A DNA stretch of 64,000 nt from Tetramitus jugosus (GCA_937625935.1 OW569365.1:310001-374000), one strand, 5' to 3'; positions 34,596 through 44,456 are shown, counted from the stretch's first letter. A program made the numbers and translations. Notes: a model not told the origin generated them from the letters alone.

Positions 34596-35074
34596 ATGCG
34601 ATCTGCGTCAGAAGAAGTATGTTGTTGGTGGTATCACTCTTTGTGCTTGATTGTTCAGCTATTAAATTGTTAAATCAACAGTATCTAGGAGGAAAGCGAG
34701 AGTCAACTGCCTACATTCACGAGCATGCCGTGAATGAACTCATGGAGTATTTGTTCAACGATGTTATCTTACATAGGCCAGATGATCCTGTTTCCCACAT
34801 GATTGACAGCTTGGAGAATTTAAAGTTAAAGAACCAGAGTGTGATATTCTCTGAATCGAATCTCGAAACGATGTTTAATCTGATAGATATCAACTCAAGA
34901 GGAACAATTACAAGTGGTCAATTGATCAAATGTTTGGAAAACTTGGATGTTCCTCTATTTCATATCAACAATACCAAATCCAAGTTAACTTCCAAAGATT
35001 CAATCGACAAGTCAGAATTCTGTCACGTAATGAAGGAAGCATTGGATGTACTCAAGTTGACCCCTTACAATTAA
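34596..35074 (+). CDS. EFCAB10: EFCAB10-like protein (RIIa/Dpy-30-type dimerisation helix plus EF-hand); exons 34596-34616 and 34682-35074
   Basis: YIHEHAVNELMEYL..LHRPDDPV and FSESNLETMFNLIDINSRGTIT. Phase-0 intron 34617-34681 (GTATGT..CAG). Confidence 0.72.
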
Positions 35075-35083
35075 ACAAACAAG

Positions 35084-35837
35084 TTACTTTGTATTCATCG
35101 TTTCAATCGACAGTAGTATTTGAAGAAATTTGTACACAGATATTGTTTCTTTGGGGGATATTCGTTCCAGTTCTTTAAACGTATAGAAGATGTCCGGTTC
35201 AGTCAAACGTCTGTTCTTCATCATTAGTTGCTCTCGTTGAATATTACATATGGTTTGTCTTTGTTCTTCAATGATTAAGTTCTGTTTCTCGATTGTCTTC
35301 TGTTGTTGTATTAACTGATACTGTACTTGACGGAGATAATCTCGATCACTGTTGTCCTTTCGATGAAATACATGTTTCTCGATTCTCGGAGACCTAGGTT
35401 TAGAGTGAATCACCGGACCAGTTCTATTTTGCTTGTGATAATGATGTATTATATCTGCAATTTCTTTCGTTTTTGCAATCTCTGAAGCAAGTTTATTCTG
35501 GTTGTTCCGAGTGTACTTGTTGGCACCATGTTCAAGCAATAGCATTACGACTTTTTGATGACCTCCTCTCGATGCCTTGTGCAAAGGAGTACTTCCTGTT
35601 CCCTATATTGAATATCATAAAGTGTTTATTTTTGAATGGTACGAAACTAGCAAAGTGGTTGGTTGAGTGACATACATCTTCCTTCACATTCACATTACAC
35701 CCCAAAGTTAAACACTGCAGTACTTTGTGTTCTTTTCCTTGTAGACAAGCAGTCAACAATGTTTGTTCGTCCCTCGATGTCATTTCTCTTTTCAAGTGAT
35801 CTTGTAGCACTCTCTCAGATTCCTCCAGATCATCCAT
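35084..35837 (-). CDS. Ankyrin-repeat and coiled-coil protein; exons 35837-35676 and 35602-35084
   Basis: The intron 35675-35603 (GTATGT..TAG) gives NVNVKEDGTGSTPLHKASRGGHQKVVMLLLEHGAN. Confidence 0.82.
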
Positions 35838-35937
35838 TTAGTAAATCACGTAACGGTCATCCATTTCTTCCTTCCTCCTTTCGCTTGAACAACAACTAAT
35901 TTGCCGCCAAATCAAAGAAGAAAAACAATTCTCCCAC

Positions 35938-36369
35938 ATGCAGCTGAGCAAACAGAACCAAAAGCTTTGCTTCCATTTTTTAAGATCTCAACCACAGCGA
36001 CAATCCAAATACTTCCATTTCTTTTCGACACATCATCGTCACATGTCCACCTCAACTACAACACCACTTTTTGGTCAGAGATATCAACTCATTCAAACCA
36101 TTCTCACTGAACAATTTGCGCCAACGTCTCTGGTCATTCAAGATGAATCTCACAAGCACCGTGGACATGCTGCCATGAAGGGTCTCCAAGCTGAAGAAAC
36201 TCATTTTCATGTCGAAATTGTCTCACAAGCTTTTGAAGGCAAAAAGGTACTTGAGCGACACAGAATGGTGAATCAGGCACTGCAAGAAGAGTTCTCACGG
36301 GGTCTCCACGCTCTCTCACTCAAAACCAAAACACCTACTGAGATGAACAAAGTAAACAATCAGGCATAA
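35938..36369 (+). CDS. BolA-family protein (BOLA1-like), probably mitochondrial
   Basis: QDESHKHRGH..ETHFHVEIVSQAFEGK..ERHRMVNQAL..GLHALSLKTKTP. Confidence 0.92.
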   Translation: MQLSKQNQKLCFHFLRSQPQRQSKYFHFFSTHHRHMSTSTTTPLFGQRYQLIQTILTEQFAPTSLVIQDESHKHRGHAAMKGLQAEETHFHVEIVSQAFEGKKVLERHRMVNQALQEEFSRGLHALSLKTKTPTEMNKVNNQA

Positions 36370-36599
36370 CGTTCGTTTGCTTATCACGACATGTCCCTTT
36401 TTGGTAATACCAATGATCTGATATCTTCTGAGAAAGCTGGCTTGTCAGTCAATTGATTGACTGTCACAAGTTGTGATAACATTTAACTCTCAACTATTGA
36501 ACTAGAATTTTGAGTTTTATTTACAGCCCTTAGATGTTATTCTACAATATATATTACAAAAACGAATGGTTGGTCTCACGCACCACAAAACTGTTCGTC

Positions 36600-37460
36600 T
36601 TATACCGAGTGAGCCTCCCCTGTACCCTCTGCCGCAGAACTGCTACTGCGTCTTCGAATAAGCTTCTCCTTCACTGTTTCTATGAGTGTTGGTCTCGCTT
36701 TTAGTGGTCCCATGACACCCAATGGGAGCAATTGTATTCCATACGTTGTATTGATCACAGTCGCACTGCTGGCGTACCAAGCTGCTGCTGCACACAAGAT
36801 GCCAAACCATCCTCCTGCTGCTGTCACATGCTTATTGCCAGAGAAAGCACCTGCCGTCAGGAAAATGAACGCAAACTCCAACAGAACGAACACGAGTGCC
36901 AAAGAGATGGACATTCTGAAACTGCCAATCATCATGTAGAATGTAAAGATGGTCCAAGCGAGCAAAAACATGCCCACAGCCATGTTTACATCATGAGTGC
37001 TCACAGCTCCCTTTGGTGACCAGAATTGCTCCATGGTTGCAAAACTGAGCCAAAAACCGCCATAGGAAGAGAAGGCGACAGCACCAAACGTGTTGTTTGA
37101 GGCAAATTCCCACATGCCAGCCAATAGTTGAGCAATGCCACCGTACCACAATGCAACAGGCAACACAATGTTGGCGGTGTTGGCAGAGAGGAGTCCAGTG
37201 TTCCACGTACTGAGCAAAAAGGTGGTCATTGCAAAGCCAGCTAGACCCAATGGACCAGGATTTCCGAGAGAGGACTGAGGAGGTCCTCGACTCATCAACT
37301 TGTCAACAATCACCTCCAGATATCGATTCTCTCGATTCATAATCTGTTGTTGTCGAATTAGGTCATTCTTTGTCGTCTGTTCTTGGGTTTCTTCCAGATC
37401 AATCGCAATACTGTCTTCAGAGTTTGAGGAGGCCGCAGTCGCCTTTTCTGAAAGGTTCAT
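36600..37460 (-). CDS. GPR1/FUN34/YaaH (Ady2/SatP) acetate transporter
   Basis: Signature NPGPLGLAGFAMTT, YGGIAQLLAGMWE and NTFGAVAFSSYGGFW, with 6 TM helices. Confidence 0.95.
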   Translation of the reverse strand: MNLSEKATAASSNSEDSIAIDLEETQEQTTKNDLIRQQQIMNRENRYLEVIVDKLMSRGPPQSSLGNPGPLGLAGFAMTTFLLSTWNTGLLSANTANIVLPVALWYGGIAQLLAGMWEFASNNTFGAVAFSSYGGFWLSFATMEQFWSPKGAVSTHDVNMAVGMFLLAWTIFTFYMMIGSFRMSISLALVFVLLEFAFIFLTAGAFSGNKHVTAAGGWFGILCAAAAWYASSATVINTTYGIQLLPLGVMGPLKARPTLIETVKEKLIRRRSSSSAAEGTGEAHSV

Positions 37461-37781
37461 GGTGGGTTAGGAGGTAGCTTGTTTGGTTTTGTTTTTCAGG
37501 TTATAGTTTTTCAGTTGGCTGTGTGGAAGATAAAGGAAAGAAGGTATGCAGAGAGCATATTATTTCTCCATACCAAGGATAGTGTCTGGTCCTTTCTTGA
37601 AGAGATCGAATGTCCGAAGGAAACTCCTCCGCATCCGTATCTGAATCACGCGCAGCCGAGCGCTGCGGGCACGAGCTCAACTGATTGAACGAGTTTACGA
37701 AGCGTGAAGTCTGATTCAATTGGAGAATTTTACGCATGTTCCTAGCGATCTCTGTGGTTTATTGTTACAATTGTAGGTCAC

Positions 37782-40700
37782 CTAAACATCGATGGTGCAA
37801 ACAGGGATACTGGATTGGTTGGTTTGCAATCGAATGGTTACAATTTCACTCTTTTCCTCCGGTCTCATGTAGTTGGTGAAGAATGAACACAGAACGGTTG
37901 TTCCTCCAGTCAATGATTGCTGATGATTGGCATAGTAGTTTGTGGTCACCTTGAACTGACCGTGAGGAGCTTTTCGGAGCATGTATTCCTCTGGGCCATA
38001 TCCTCGAGTGAAATCTCTGCTTACGTAGCCTCCAATCTTTGTTCGAGGATAGGCATAGTAGCAATGTTCACCTCCGACGCAATCCTCATGAACATGAAGA
38101 TCAATGTCAATATCATTGACATCCCAGGCCATACTGATCCTCAAGTCGAGATCCATCTTGTATCGGAAGCCTTCATGACATGGCTTCAAGTCAGGGTTCT
38201 TTAGTAAGCAGTGATTCAATTCGATAGCAGCAGTTTGCTCAATCTCGTCAAATCTCAAGTCCCATTTACCTGTGATCACCTTGTTGAACAATTCGACAGC
38301 TTCCTCGAACTTACCCAACTTTTCCTTGACCAATGCAAGGTCACGATAACTCTGTGGCTCCTCAGGATTCATCTTCTTCACCTTCTCGAACACCATTTCA
38401 GCCAATTCGTACTGCTTTGCCTGATCAAGACGATAGCCCACAATTCTGAACAATTGGGCATTCTCCAGTTCCAGTTCAAGAATGTTGGTCAAAATGGCAA
38501 CACCATCACTTAAATTCTTGAGCTTCATGAGCCAGAAGTCGGCAACATCCAAGAAGAAGGCTGGAGAGCTGCCTAAATTCTTTCTCTCCTGCAGGTAGGC
38601 CTGATAAGGATTGCTTGCCTTGCTAATAGTAGCCATGTACGCTGCATCGGATTTCCATTCTTGAATCTTGATAGATGCAGTAACTGCGTTGGAAGGCTCC
38701 TCTTGATTCATTATCTCATCTTCGGAGTCGCTCATGAGCAAACTTTCCTGTCTGAGGGCTGATGAGCTCGGCACTCTCTCGCATTCTCTGGACGAGCTAG
38801 ATGAAAGAGATCTAGACATCTGTGGTGCAGCCATACATCTGGATCTGACAGATAACGATGGGCTAGCCATGGATAAGAGCGATCGTCTTGAATCAGAAAC
38901 AGGAGCCTCAGACATCATCTTGGAGCACTCCTTGTCCACCTCTTCCTTTGGAGCCTTGAATTCAGTTTGATGCCATCTCTTTCTATCCTCCCATAGTGCC
39001 AGGACTTTTTGAATCTTGTCTGCCACTCTCTTCTTCTCATCGTCTTCTTTCTTTTGAACAAAGTTCTGATAGGATTCTCTGACCGATTTCAAGCTTGCGG
39101 GAGGCATGATTTGATGTTTGATGTATTGATCCAAAGTTTCCAACACAATCAAAGAGGTCGTTGGAGTGACAATGGACCACTCTCTACCCAAGTCTTTCAA
39201 CTCCTTCTCAAACAAGTGTGGGAACACAGAAAGGGAGTTCATCTTTTGTTTGGCCCAGAGCATTGGAATAATTCTATCAGATTTTTCTTGGGCTGTTGAT
39301 GCTGTCGTTGCAGAAGGCTCAATGTCATAAACTCTAGTGTCGATAATATCACCGCCGTATCGGAAGGCAATTGAAATTTGACCTCCTTGCTTTACCTTTC
39401 CATACAAGTGGAAGTGACCACTAGGCTCCAAGATGGTTGGCTCATTTGGATAGACTTCTTCAAACTCTTCTGTCTCATAATCGGCAACCAAAAAGTACAA
39501 TACTGGCTTTCCAACTTGCTCCACAATTTGTTCTACACGGAGCTTGTTCGCATTCAACAACATTCCGCCACTCTTTGTTGCCACATGGGAAAGCAATTGA
39601 TGGTTGGCTGACATACTCGTTGATATAATGTACAATGGAATAGAGTAAGTCGTGTAAGGTGTTGTTTCTTGACCAATGGTATGAATACCGTCAGTAAAAA
39701 CAAGACAGAATGACGCAGATTCATCCAACTCAGACTCGAGCAAGGACAGATTGGTAGCGCCATCGTAATCAACCTTCTTGACATGGTCCAACAATGACTG
39801 AACATTGTCGAAGGTAGCACGGCTTCGCTCCTGTACTGAATTACAGAATGGAGTAAAAACAACTTGTTTTGGCTTCAATTCTTTCATGATAGCACTCAAA
39901 AGTTCATAATCTTTCTCAACTATCTTAGTGTTGCGACTACGGCTGTAGGAGCAATCCCAAAGAACTTGAATCTTATCGGTTTTCATTCTGCTATCGCTAG
40001 TTGGTTTCTCAACTTTGATACGAGCACAAAAGTAGTTGTCTTCTGTAATGACACAATTGTCTTCTAGTGTTTGACTACAACGAATAGTGAGATTGTCCAC
40101 GGATTCATCCAATTGAGAACTTTCAATCATTGCAGTCATGTACTTGTCAGTAGATTGACGAGGCTGACTATTCTCAGTTAATTTACGATCAGAATTCAAC
40201 AGAAGCTCCAATGATTGCTCACTATGTGAATCACTGTACCACTCGACATTGGCCTGCACAGTACTGTTCTTTCCTGGCAATCCAAATGGGATCATAACCT
40301 CCGAACAAGGCACATCTGCAACGGCAGACGTAGAGACAGGCATCGTGTACACCACTCGAATCACCTTTGGCTTTTGTGGCACCAAAGGATACACGCGGGT
40401 TCTAAAACTATTGCTCTGATGAGTAGCCATCTCTACAATGGCAGCGCCCTTGCCTCTCTCTCTCACCTCCTGCTCGAAAATCATCTTGGCCTTCTCTTTT
40501 TCAACAGGAACAGCATCAATGAGCTCTGTGGTGCTTCCATCCACATTCATGGCATAAGCAATGAGAGTAGCATCGTCAGGCAATGGAAAAACTAGTTCAC
40601 CCTCCAATGTTCTATCGTGAGGATTGACAAAGGTGAAGACGGAAGTGATTTTAGCAATGGGTAAGTTGACTTGAACTTGAACATCAAGGGATTGGACTTC

Positions 40701-40973
40701 CAGTGGAGAACTTGCTTGATCAGAGAAGGTAATCTGAGGAAGGTTGTTTCTCTGACTCTTGACATCTTCTGTTTTTGATGTTTCTTGTTCAACAACACTT
40801 GTTGTTGTCGTAGTTGTTGGTTGAGTTTCTGTAGGAGAAACTTCCTTTTCTCCTACTTGAGCTGGTTGTTCCGCTGGCTGGTCGTTGACATCGGTGGTAC
40901 TATTGGTGGCTTGAAAGTCAGAAAGATCCTTGGAGGCGTCAGAAGCTCTTAATCGACTAAATGCTGAGAACAT
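37782..40973 (-). CDS. VIT + vWA-like + TPR + DUF2135 (YfaP-like) multidomain protein
   Basis: VIT FVNPHDRTLEGELVFPLP; vWA-like LWDCSYS..YDGAT..VFTDG; IVTPTTSLIVLE; TPR PEEPQSYRDLA; DUF2135 WDVNDIDIDLHV..DFTRGYGPEEY. Confidence 0.85.
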   Translation of the reverse strand: MFSAFSRLRASDASKDLSDFQATNSTTDVNDQPAEQPAQVGEKEVSPTETQPTTTTTTSVVEQETSKTEDVKSQRNNLPQITFSDQASSPLEVQSLDVQVQVNLPIAKITSVFTFVNPHDRTLEGELVFPLPDDATLIAYAMNVDGSTTELIDAVPVEKEKAKMIFEQEVRERGKGAAIVEMATHQSNSFRTRVYPLVPQKPKVIRVVYTMPVSTSAVADVPCSEVMIPFGLPGKNSTVQANVEWYSDSHSEQSLELLLNSDRKLTENSQPRQSTDKYMTAMIESSQLDESVDNLTIRCSQTLEDNCVITEDNYFCARIKVEKPTSDSRMKTDKIQVLWDCSYSRSRNTKIVEKDYELLSAIMKELKPKQVVFTPFCNSVQERSRATFDNVQSLLDHVKKVDYDGATNLSLLESELDESASFCLVFTDGIHTIGQETTPYTTYSIPLYIISTSMSANHQLLSHVATKSGGMLLNANKLRVEQIVEQVGKPVLYFLVADYETEEFEEVYPNEPTILEPSGHFHLYGKVKQGGQISIAFRYGGDIIDTRVYDIEPSATTASTAQEKSDRIIPMLWAKQKMNSLSVFPHLFEKELKDLGREWSIVTPTTSLIVLETLDQYIKHQIMPPASLKSVRESYQNFVQKKEDDEKKRVADKIQKVLALWEDRKRWHQTEFKAPKEEVDKECSKMMSEAPVSDSRRSLLSMASPSLSVRSRCMAAPQMSRSLSSSSSRECERVPSSSALRQESLLMSDSEDEIMNQEEPSNAVTASIKIQEWKSDAAYMATISKASNPYQAYLQERKNLGSSPAFFLDVADFWLMKLKNLSDGVAILTNILELELENAQLFRIVGYRLDQAKQYELAEMVFEKVKKMNPEEPQSYRDLALVKEKLGKFEEAVELFNKVITGKWDLRFDEIEQTAAIELNHCLLKNPDLKPCHEGFRYKMDLDLRISMAWDVNDIDIDLHVHEDCVGGEHCYYAYPRTKIGGYVSRDFTRGYGPEEYMLRKAPHGQFKVTTNYYANHQQSLTGGTTVLCSFFTNYMRPEEKSEIVTIRLQTNQSSIPVCTIDV

Positions 40974-41108
40974 GATTTGTTATGGTAATGGTTTTGTTTT
41001 GTTGTGACACAAAGTGAAAGCAGACGAAATCAAATCTGGCTCGATTGAAAAATCAAAACAAATCCTTGGAACATTGGCGGAGAGATGGAGTTCTTCCCCT
41101 CAGTGTTC

Positions 41109-41386
41109 TTTTTTTCAATCTTTCCGTTCTTGAGTGAAGAGGCGTCGCATCACCTCCCCACATCTCCTCTTTGTCGACAAATTGTTGGGCCTTCTCACTC
41201 TTCTTCTCTATCCCACTCAGTCCTTTGACTTGTTTCAATACCCAACATACCAAGCATGTACTCCTTGCTTGGTTTCCTCCGCTTATTGACTAGTAATGCG
41301 CCGTTGATTGTTTAACCGCATGGCTACTCTTTGGTCTTTGTGAAGACCCATTTTACTCAGCTGGAGGGCAGCCCAGAAAATTTCAG
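41109..41386 (-). mobile_element. Degenerate relic of the ORF2 C-terminus of an older, related non-LTR retroelement
   Basis: Frameshifted pieces LSKMGLHKDQ, KEYMLGMLGIET, KAQQFVD and KRRCGEVMRRLFT match the ORF2 C-terminus at 42860-43170 (LSSMGLHKSQ, KDYLIGMLGVET, KAKWFVD, KRRCVEVMHRLFT). Boundaries are approximate. Confidence 0.85.
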
Positions 41387-41401
41387 TAAATTATTAATTG
41401 C
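41387..41401. repeat. Target-site duplication of the ORF1-only element (left copy; right copy at 44341-44355)
   Basis: Exact 15-bp direct repeat TAAATTATTAATTGC (16 bp with the next T) abutting the poly(T) run. Confidence 0.9.
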
Positions 41402-42714
41402 TTTTTTTTTTTTGTTCCATACAACCAAGTGTGCGTAAGCACACGATTGCTCATTTATTGACTTGTTTTGTGAGTGACGACCCGTAGGGCGTCGCTCACT
41501 CTTCTTCTCTTGTTGTCCCCGACGGTGCACCTACAGGTTGGAAGAATCACTCTGGTGAGTGTTTTGGTTGATGCCCTTCATCAAAGAGCGTAACCTTGTA
41601 GTAGGACCGTCGATGGACACAGAGCCATCTGTTGTTTTTTTCTTGCCTTGGGCCTTGTTGCTCCTCAGATCACCCAGTGTGATCCTAGCACTCCTTTTCT
41701 TGTTGTCATTGAGCTGTGGACTTTGAATCTCCTTTTCGGAGTCGTCGTCCACATCCACAATGACTGGTTCGTCCTCAGTCAAACCATACCTTTTGCGTGC
41801 AGCAGCCAAAGCCAATGCAGCAATTTCCTTTCTCGCTCTAGCTAAAACTGGAGAAGTGGCATTCACTTGCTCCAGGATTTGCCGGTTTTCCACACTGAGC
41901 TGTACAACAGGCACTGATGGCAGTGGTGTTGCACTCCTTTGTACTTCTGCTCCCACTGACTCTGGAGTAGTCTCCATGCTTGCAGTAGCTTGGGCATCTT
42001 GTTCCGGTATTGGAACCGGTTTGTTGCCCACTTGACTCTTTTTCTTTCCCAGTTCCTTGGTGAGTTCTGTGACCTGTCGACGCAGTGCGTCAACCACCGT
42101 CAGCAGCTCCTCGTACATCTTCGTCAACCTCTTGTTGACTGCCTTGAGAGGATCATGTGGTCTCTCGACGTATCGAGTGACCGTGGCCTTGACCTTTTGC
42201 TCTCCGCTGAGCACTGCTTGTGCATAGGTTTCATCACCCATGACCACGAAAGCAGTGTCACGCTTCTTGAGCACACTGGCAACCTTCTCAGGTCCCAGTA
42301 GCTTCTTGATGTCGTCCACTGACATGTTCTTCATGCCATGGACGACCACCTTTCTTGTGCAATCAACACTGCGCTTGGGTGCAGCAGTGCTGTTGCCAAT
42401 CCTCCTCTCTTTGTTGAACAAATCAACAAAGTCATAGATGCGGTCACCCTTGACCGTCACCCATGCAACAAAGCGTTGCTGGCCTTTCCTCTTGATGACT
42501 TGGACTCGGTTGAGCCAGTCACCAAACTCCTCTCCAATCTTCCTTGCCAATGATGACTGAGAGACACCATTACCGTTGCCGGTAATGACGACCTCTCTGT
42601 CACTTGGCCTAGAGCCTTTCCGTGCAGTGGTCCACACTGCATAACGGCTGTTGCCGTATTCCTTCACCAAATTTGTTGAATCACCAGACATGTGATTTCG
42701 TTTTTTCTGGCCTT
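41402..42714 (-). mobile_element. ORF1-only, non-autonomous poly(A) retroelement
   Basis: On the minus strand: a short leader, a 386-aa ORF, a 3' UTR with two hairpins and AATAAA, an A12 tail (41402-41413), and a flanking TSD. Confidence 0.85.
41531..42691 (-). CDS. Retrotransposon ORF1-like basic protein (RRM-like repeats, coiled coil, disordered tail)
   Basis: Intact and intronless. RRM-like VVVHGM..SVDDIKKLL..TAFVVM and coiled coil LTKMYEELLTVVDALRRQVTELTKEL. It lies inside the poly(A)/TSD unit. Confidence 0.7.
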   Translation of the reverse strand: MSGDSTNLVKEYGNSRYAVWTTARKGSRPSDREVVITGNGNGVSQSSLARKIGEEFGDWLNRVQVIKRKGQQRFVAWVTVKGDRIYDFVDLFNKERRIGNSTAAPKRSVDCTRKVVVHGMKNMSVDDIKKLLGPEKVASVLKKRDTAFVVMGDETYAQAVLSGEQKVKATVTRYVERPHDPLKAVNKRLTKMYEELLTVVDALRRQVTELTKELGKKKSQVGNKPVPIPEQDAQATASMETTPESVGAEVQRSATPLPSVPVVQLSVENRQILEQVNATSPVLARARKEIAALALAAARKRYGLTEDEPVIVDVDDDSEKEIQSPQLNDNKKRSARITLGDLRSNKAQGKKKTTDGSVSIDGPTTRLRSLMKGINQNTHQSDSSNL

Positions 42715-42717
42715 TAA
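42702..42717. repeat. Target-site duplication of the RT-bearing element (left copy; right copy at 44328-44343)
   Basis: Exact 16-bp direct repeat TTTTTCTGGCCTTTAA abutting the T18 run. Confidence 0.88.
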
Positions 42718-44327
42718 TTTTTTTTTTTTTTTTTTAATACAACCAGTGGTTGCGCTATTTATTCTGTGTTTCTTCTCTTTACACGAGGTAACTAGTATGA
42801 TTGTGACGGCAGAATGCCGTCACTATTAAAGAATTTTTGTTGCAGATGCTCGCAGAGCATCAGCAACCAGCCATGTTCTTAGAGCTAGTGAAGAGGCGAT
42901 GCATCACCTCCACGCATCTCCTCTTGGTGTTGTCCACAAACCATTTAGCTTTCTGCTTGGCTACCTCCTTCTTGATTCCACTCTTCTTGAGTCCTTTGGC
43001 CACTTGCTTCACAGCTTGGGTTTCCACCCCTAACATTCCTATCAAGTAGTCTTTACCTGACTTTCTCTGCTCGTTCATTGTTCGTCTTCCATTGCACCAT
43101 TGCTGGTTATCAAACCAAATATCAACACATTGCGACTTATGCAGACCCATGGAGCTTAACCTTTTTGCAACCTCCTTTGAGAGCAAAATTCTAGCCATTC
43201 TGGCAACTGGGCAATTCACAAGGCAATGCAGGACCGTCTCTTGCTCAAAATTGCACTTGGGACAAGCCGTGTCCATATCTTCCACTCCATAGAGATGCTT
43301 CACCACGACTCTTGTGTGAAGTGTTTGGCTTTTGACTTGGGCAATGAACCACTCAAGCTTCCGATCGACCCTAAAGGGCATTTCATAAAGGAGAAGTCTG
43401 TTGCACCACCCAAACATGCCTTCTGAATCCACCATAATTTCTCACGACCGATCATCTCTCGATAATGCCGAGTGAAAGCATGCCAGATCTGCTGTTTGTC
43501 AACCACTTCAAAATCGTCCTTGTACATCAAAATTGGCATGGATGCAGCACAACGGCCATGTGTGACATTGCATTTTAGGAGTTCGAGGTCCGCGAGAATG
43601 TATCCGTATCTCTTCGCACTGATGCCAAAGTTACCGTGCGCCCTCACCAGCTCGCTATGCTTGACCCATTTTCCATTTCTTGTCAGCTGCTCCTTTAAGC
43701 TGATACCAATCTTAAAAAACTTCTTTGTCACATCGTTTGGCTGCGACATGGCAAGGTTACAGCCTAAATAATTGACCTCATCTCCATATGCGATAGTCAA
43801 ATTGTTGTTGTGCATGCGTTCCGCACACCACTTGAGGTATGAGTGTTTGACGAGCTCCAGCCTGTTGTTGGACTGAAAGACATTCTCCCTTTGGAATGTT
43901 TGCAGAAGCTTGATCTCCTCAAGCGAGTCCAACATCAGCTTGTGAGCTTCGTTGTCATTCTTTCCTCTCAGCATGTCCTTAACGAACCATGCAGTTCTTA
44001 CAAGAATGGACTCCTCAATCTTTCGTAGTCCAAACCCACCGTTGTCACTGGAAACCTGTAGCAAATCGGATGGGTACCTCTTCATTGCCACTGATCCTTG
44101 TTTTATGAGCGCCTTGCCCATTTGATTGACTCTATTGATCCACGCTTTAGTCCAGTGAGTGAATTCACAGGCGTAAAGGAACACCGGGTGGATGCAGGTG
44201 TTAACAATTCTAGCCACTTGTCTCCCTGTGAGCCTCATGATGCCTAGGCGGTTCGTCACTCTCTTCACCTTTTCGAGTGCCTGCTCCTTTTGTCTTGTCG
44301 TACAACCGTTCAGGCTCGTGAAGAGCC
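42718..44327 (-). mobile_element. 5'-truncated non-LTR retrotransposon (L1/Tx1-like ORF2 3' part), with one frameshift near 43440
   Basis: Starts at about the end of the RT core (LFTSLNG). It has IVNTCIHPVFLY, NGGFGL, the zinc knuckle CPKC..ETVLHCLVNCP, a stop at 42860, 3' hairpins, AATAAA, an A18 tail (42718-42735) and a TSD. Confidence 0.9.
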
Positions 44328-44355
44328 TTTTTCTGGCCTTTAAATTATTAATTGC
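44328..44355. repeat. Overlapping right-hand copies of both TSDs
   Basis: TTTTTCTGGCCTTTAA (44328-44343) and TAAATTATTAATTGC (44341-44355) overlap by TAA. Confidence 0.88.
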
Positions 44356-44384
44356 TCTAAAAACTCTGTCTTTTTATAGTATGA

Positions 44385-44456
44385 GGGACAATGGTCTAGT
44401 GGTATGATTCTCGCTTTGGGTGCGAGAGGCCCGGAGTTCGATTCTCCGTTGTCCCC
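44385..44456 (+). tRNA. tRNA-Pro(TGG)
   Basis: Acceptor GGGACAA/TTGTCCC, TGGTCTAGTGGTATGATT, anticodon arm CTCGC-TTTGGGT-GCGAG, T arm CGGAG-TTCGATT-CTCCG, then a T4 run. Confidence 0.96.

Noticed and set aside
43430-43450. Programmed -1 frameshift within ORF2
   Set aside because: There is no X-XXY-YYZ slippery heptamer, and the copy is 5'-truncated and dead, so an ordinary indel is more likely.
42702-44343. Reading the repeated AAAGGCCAGAAAAA as a shared 5' leader or spliced leader on both elements
   Set aside because: The repeat runs 3 nt into the older TSD and abuts the poly(A), so a nested target-site duplication explains it more simply.
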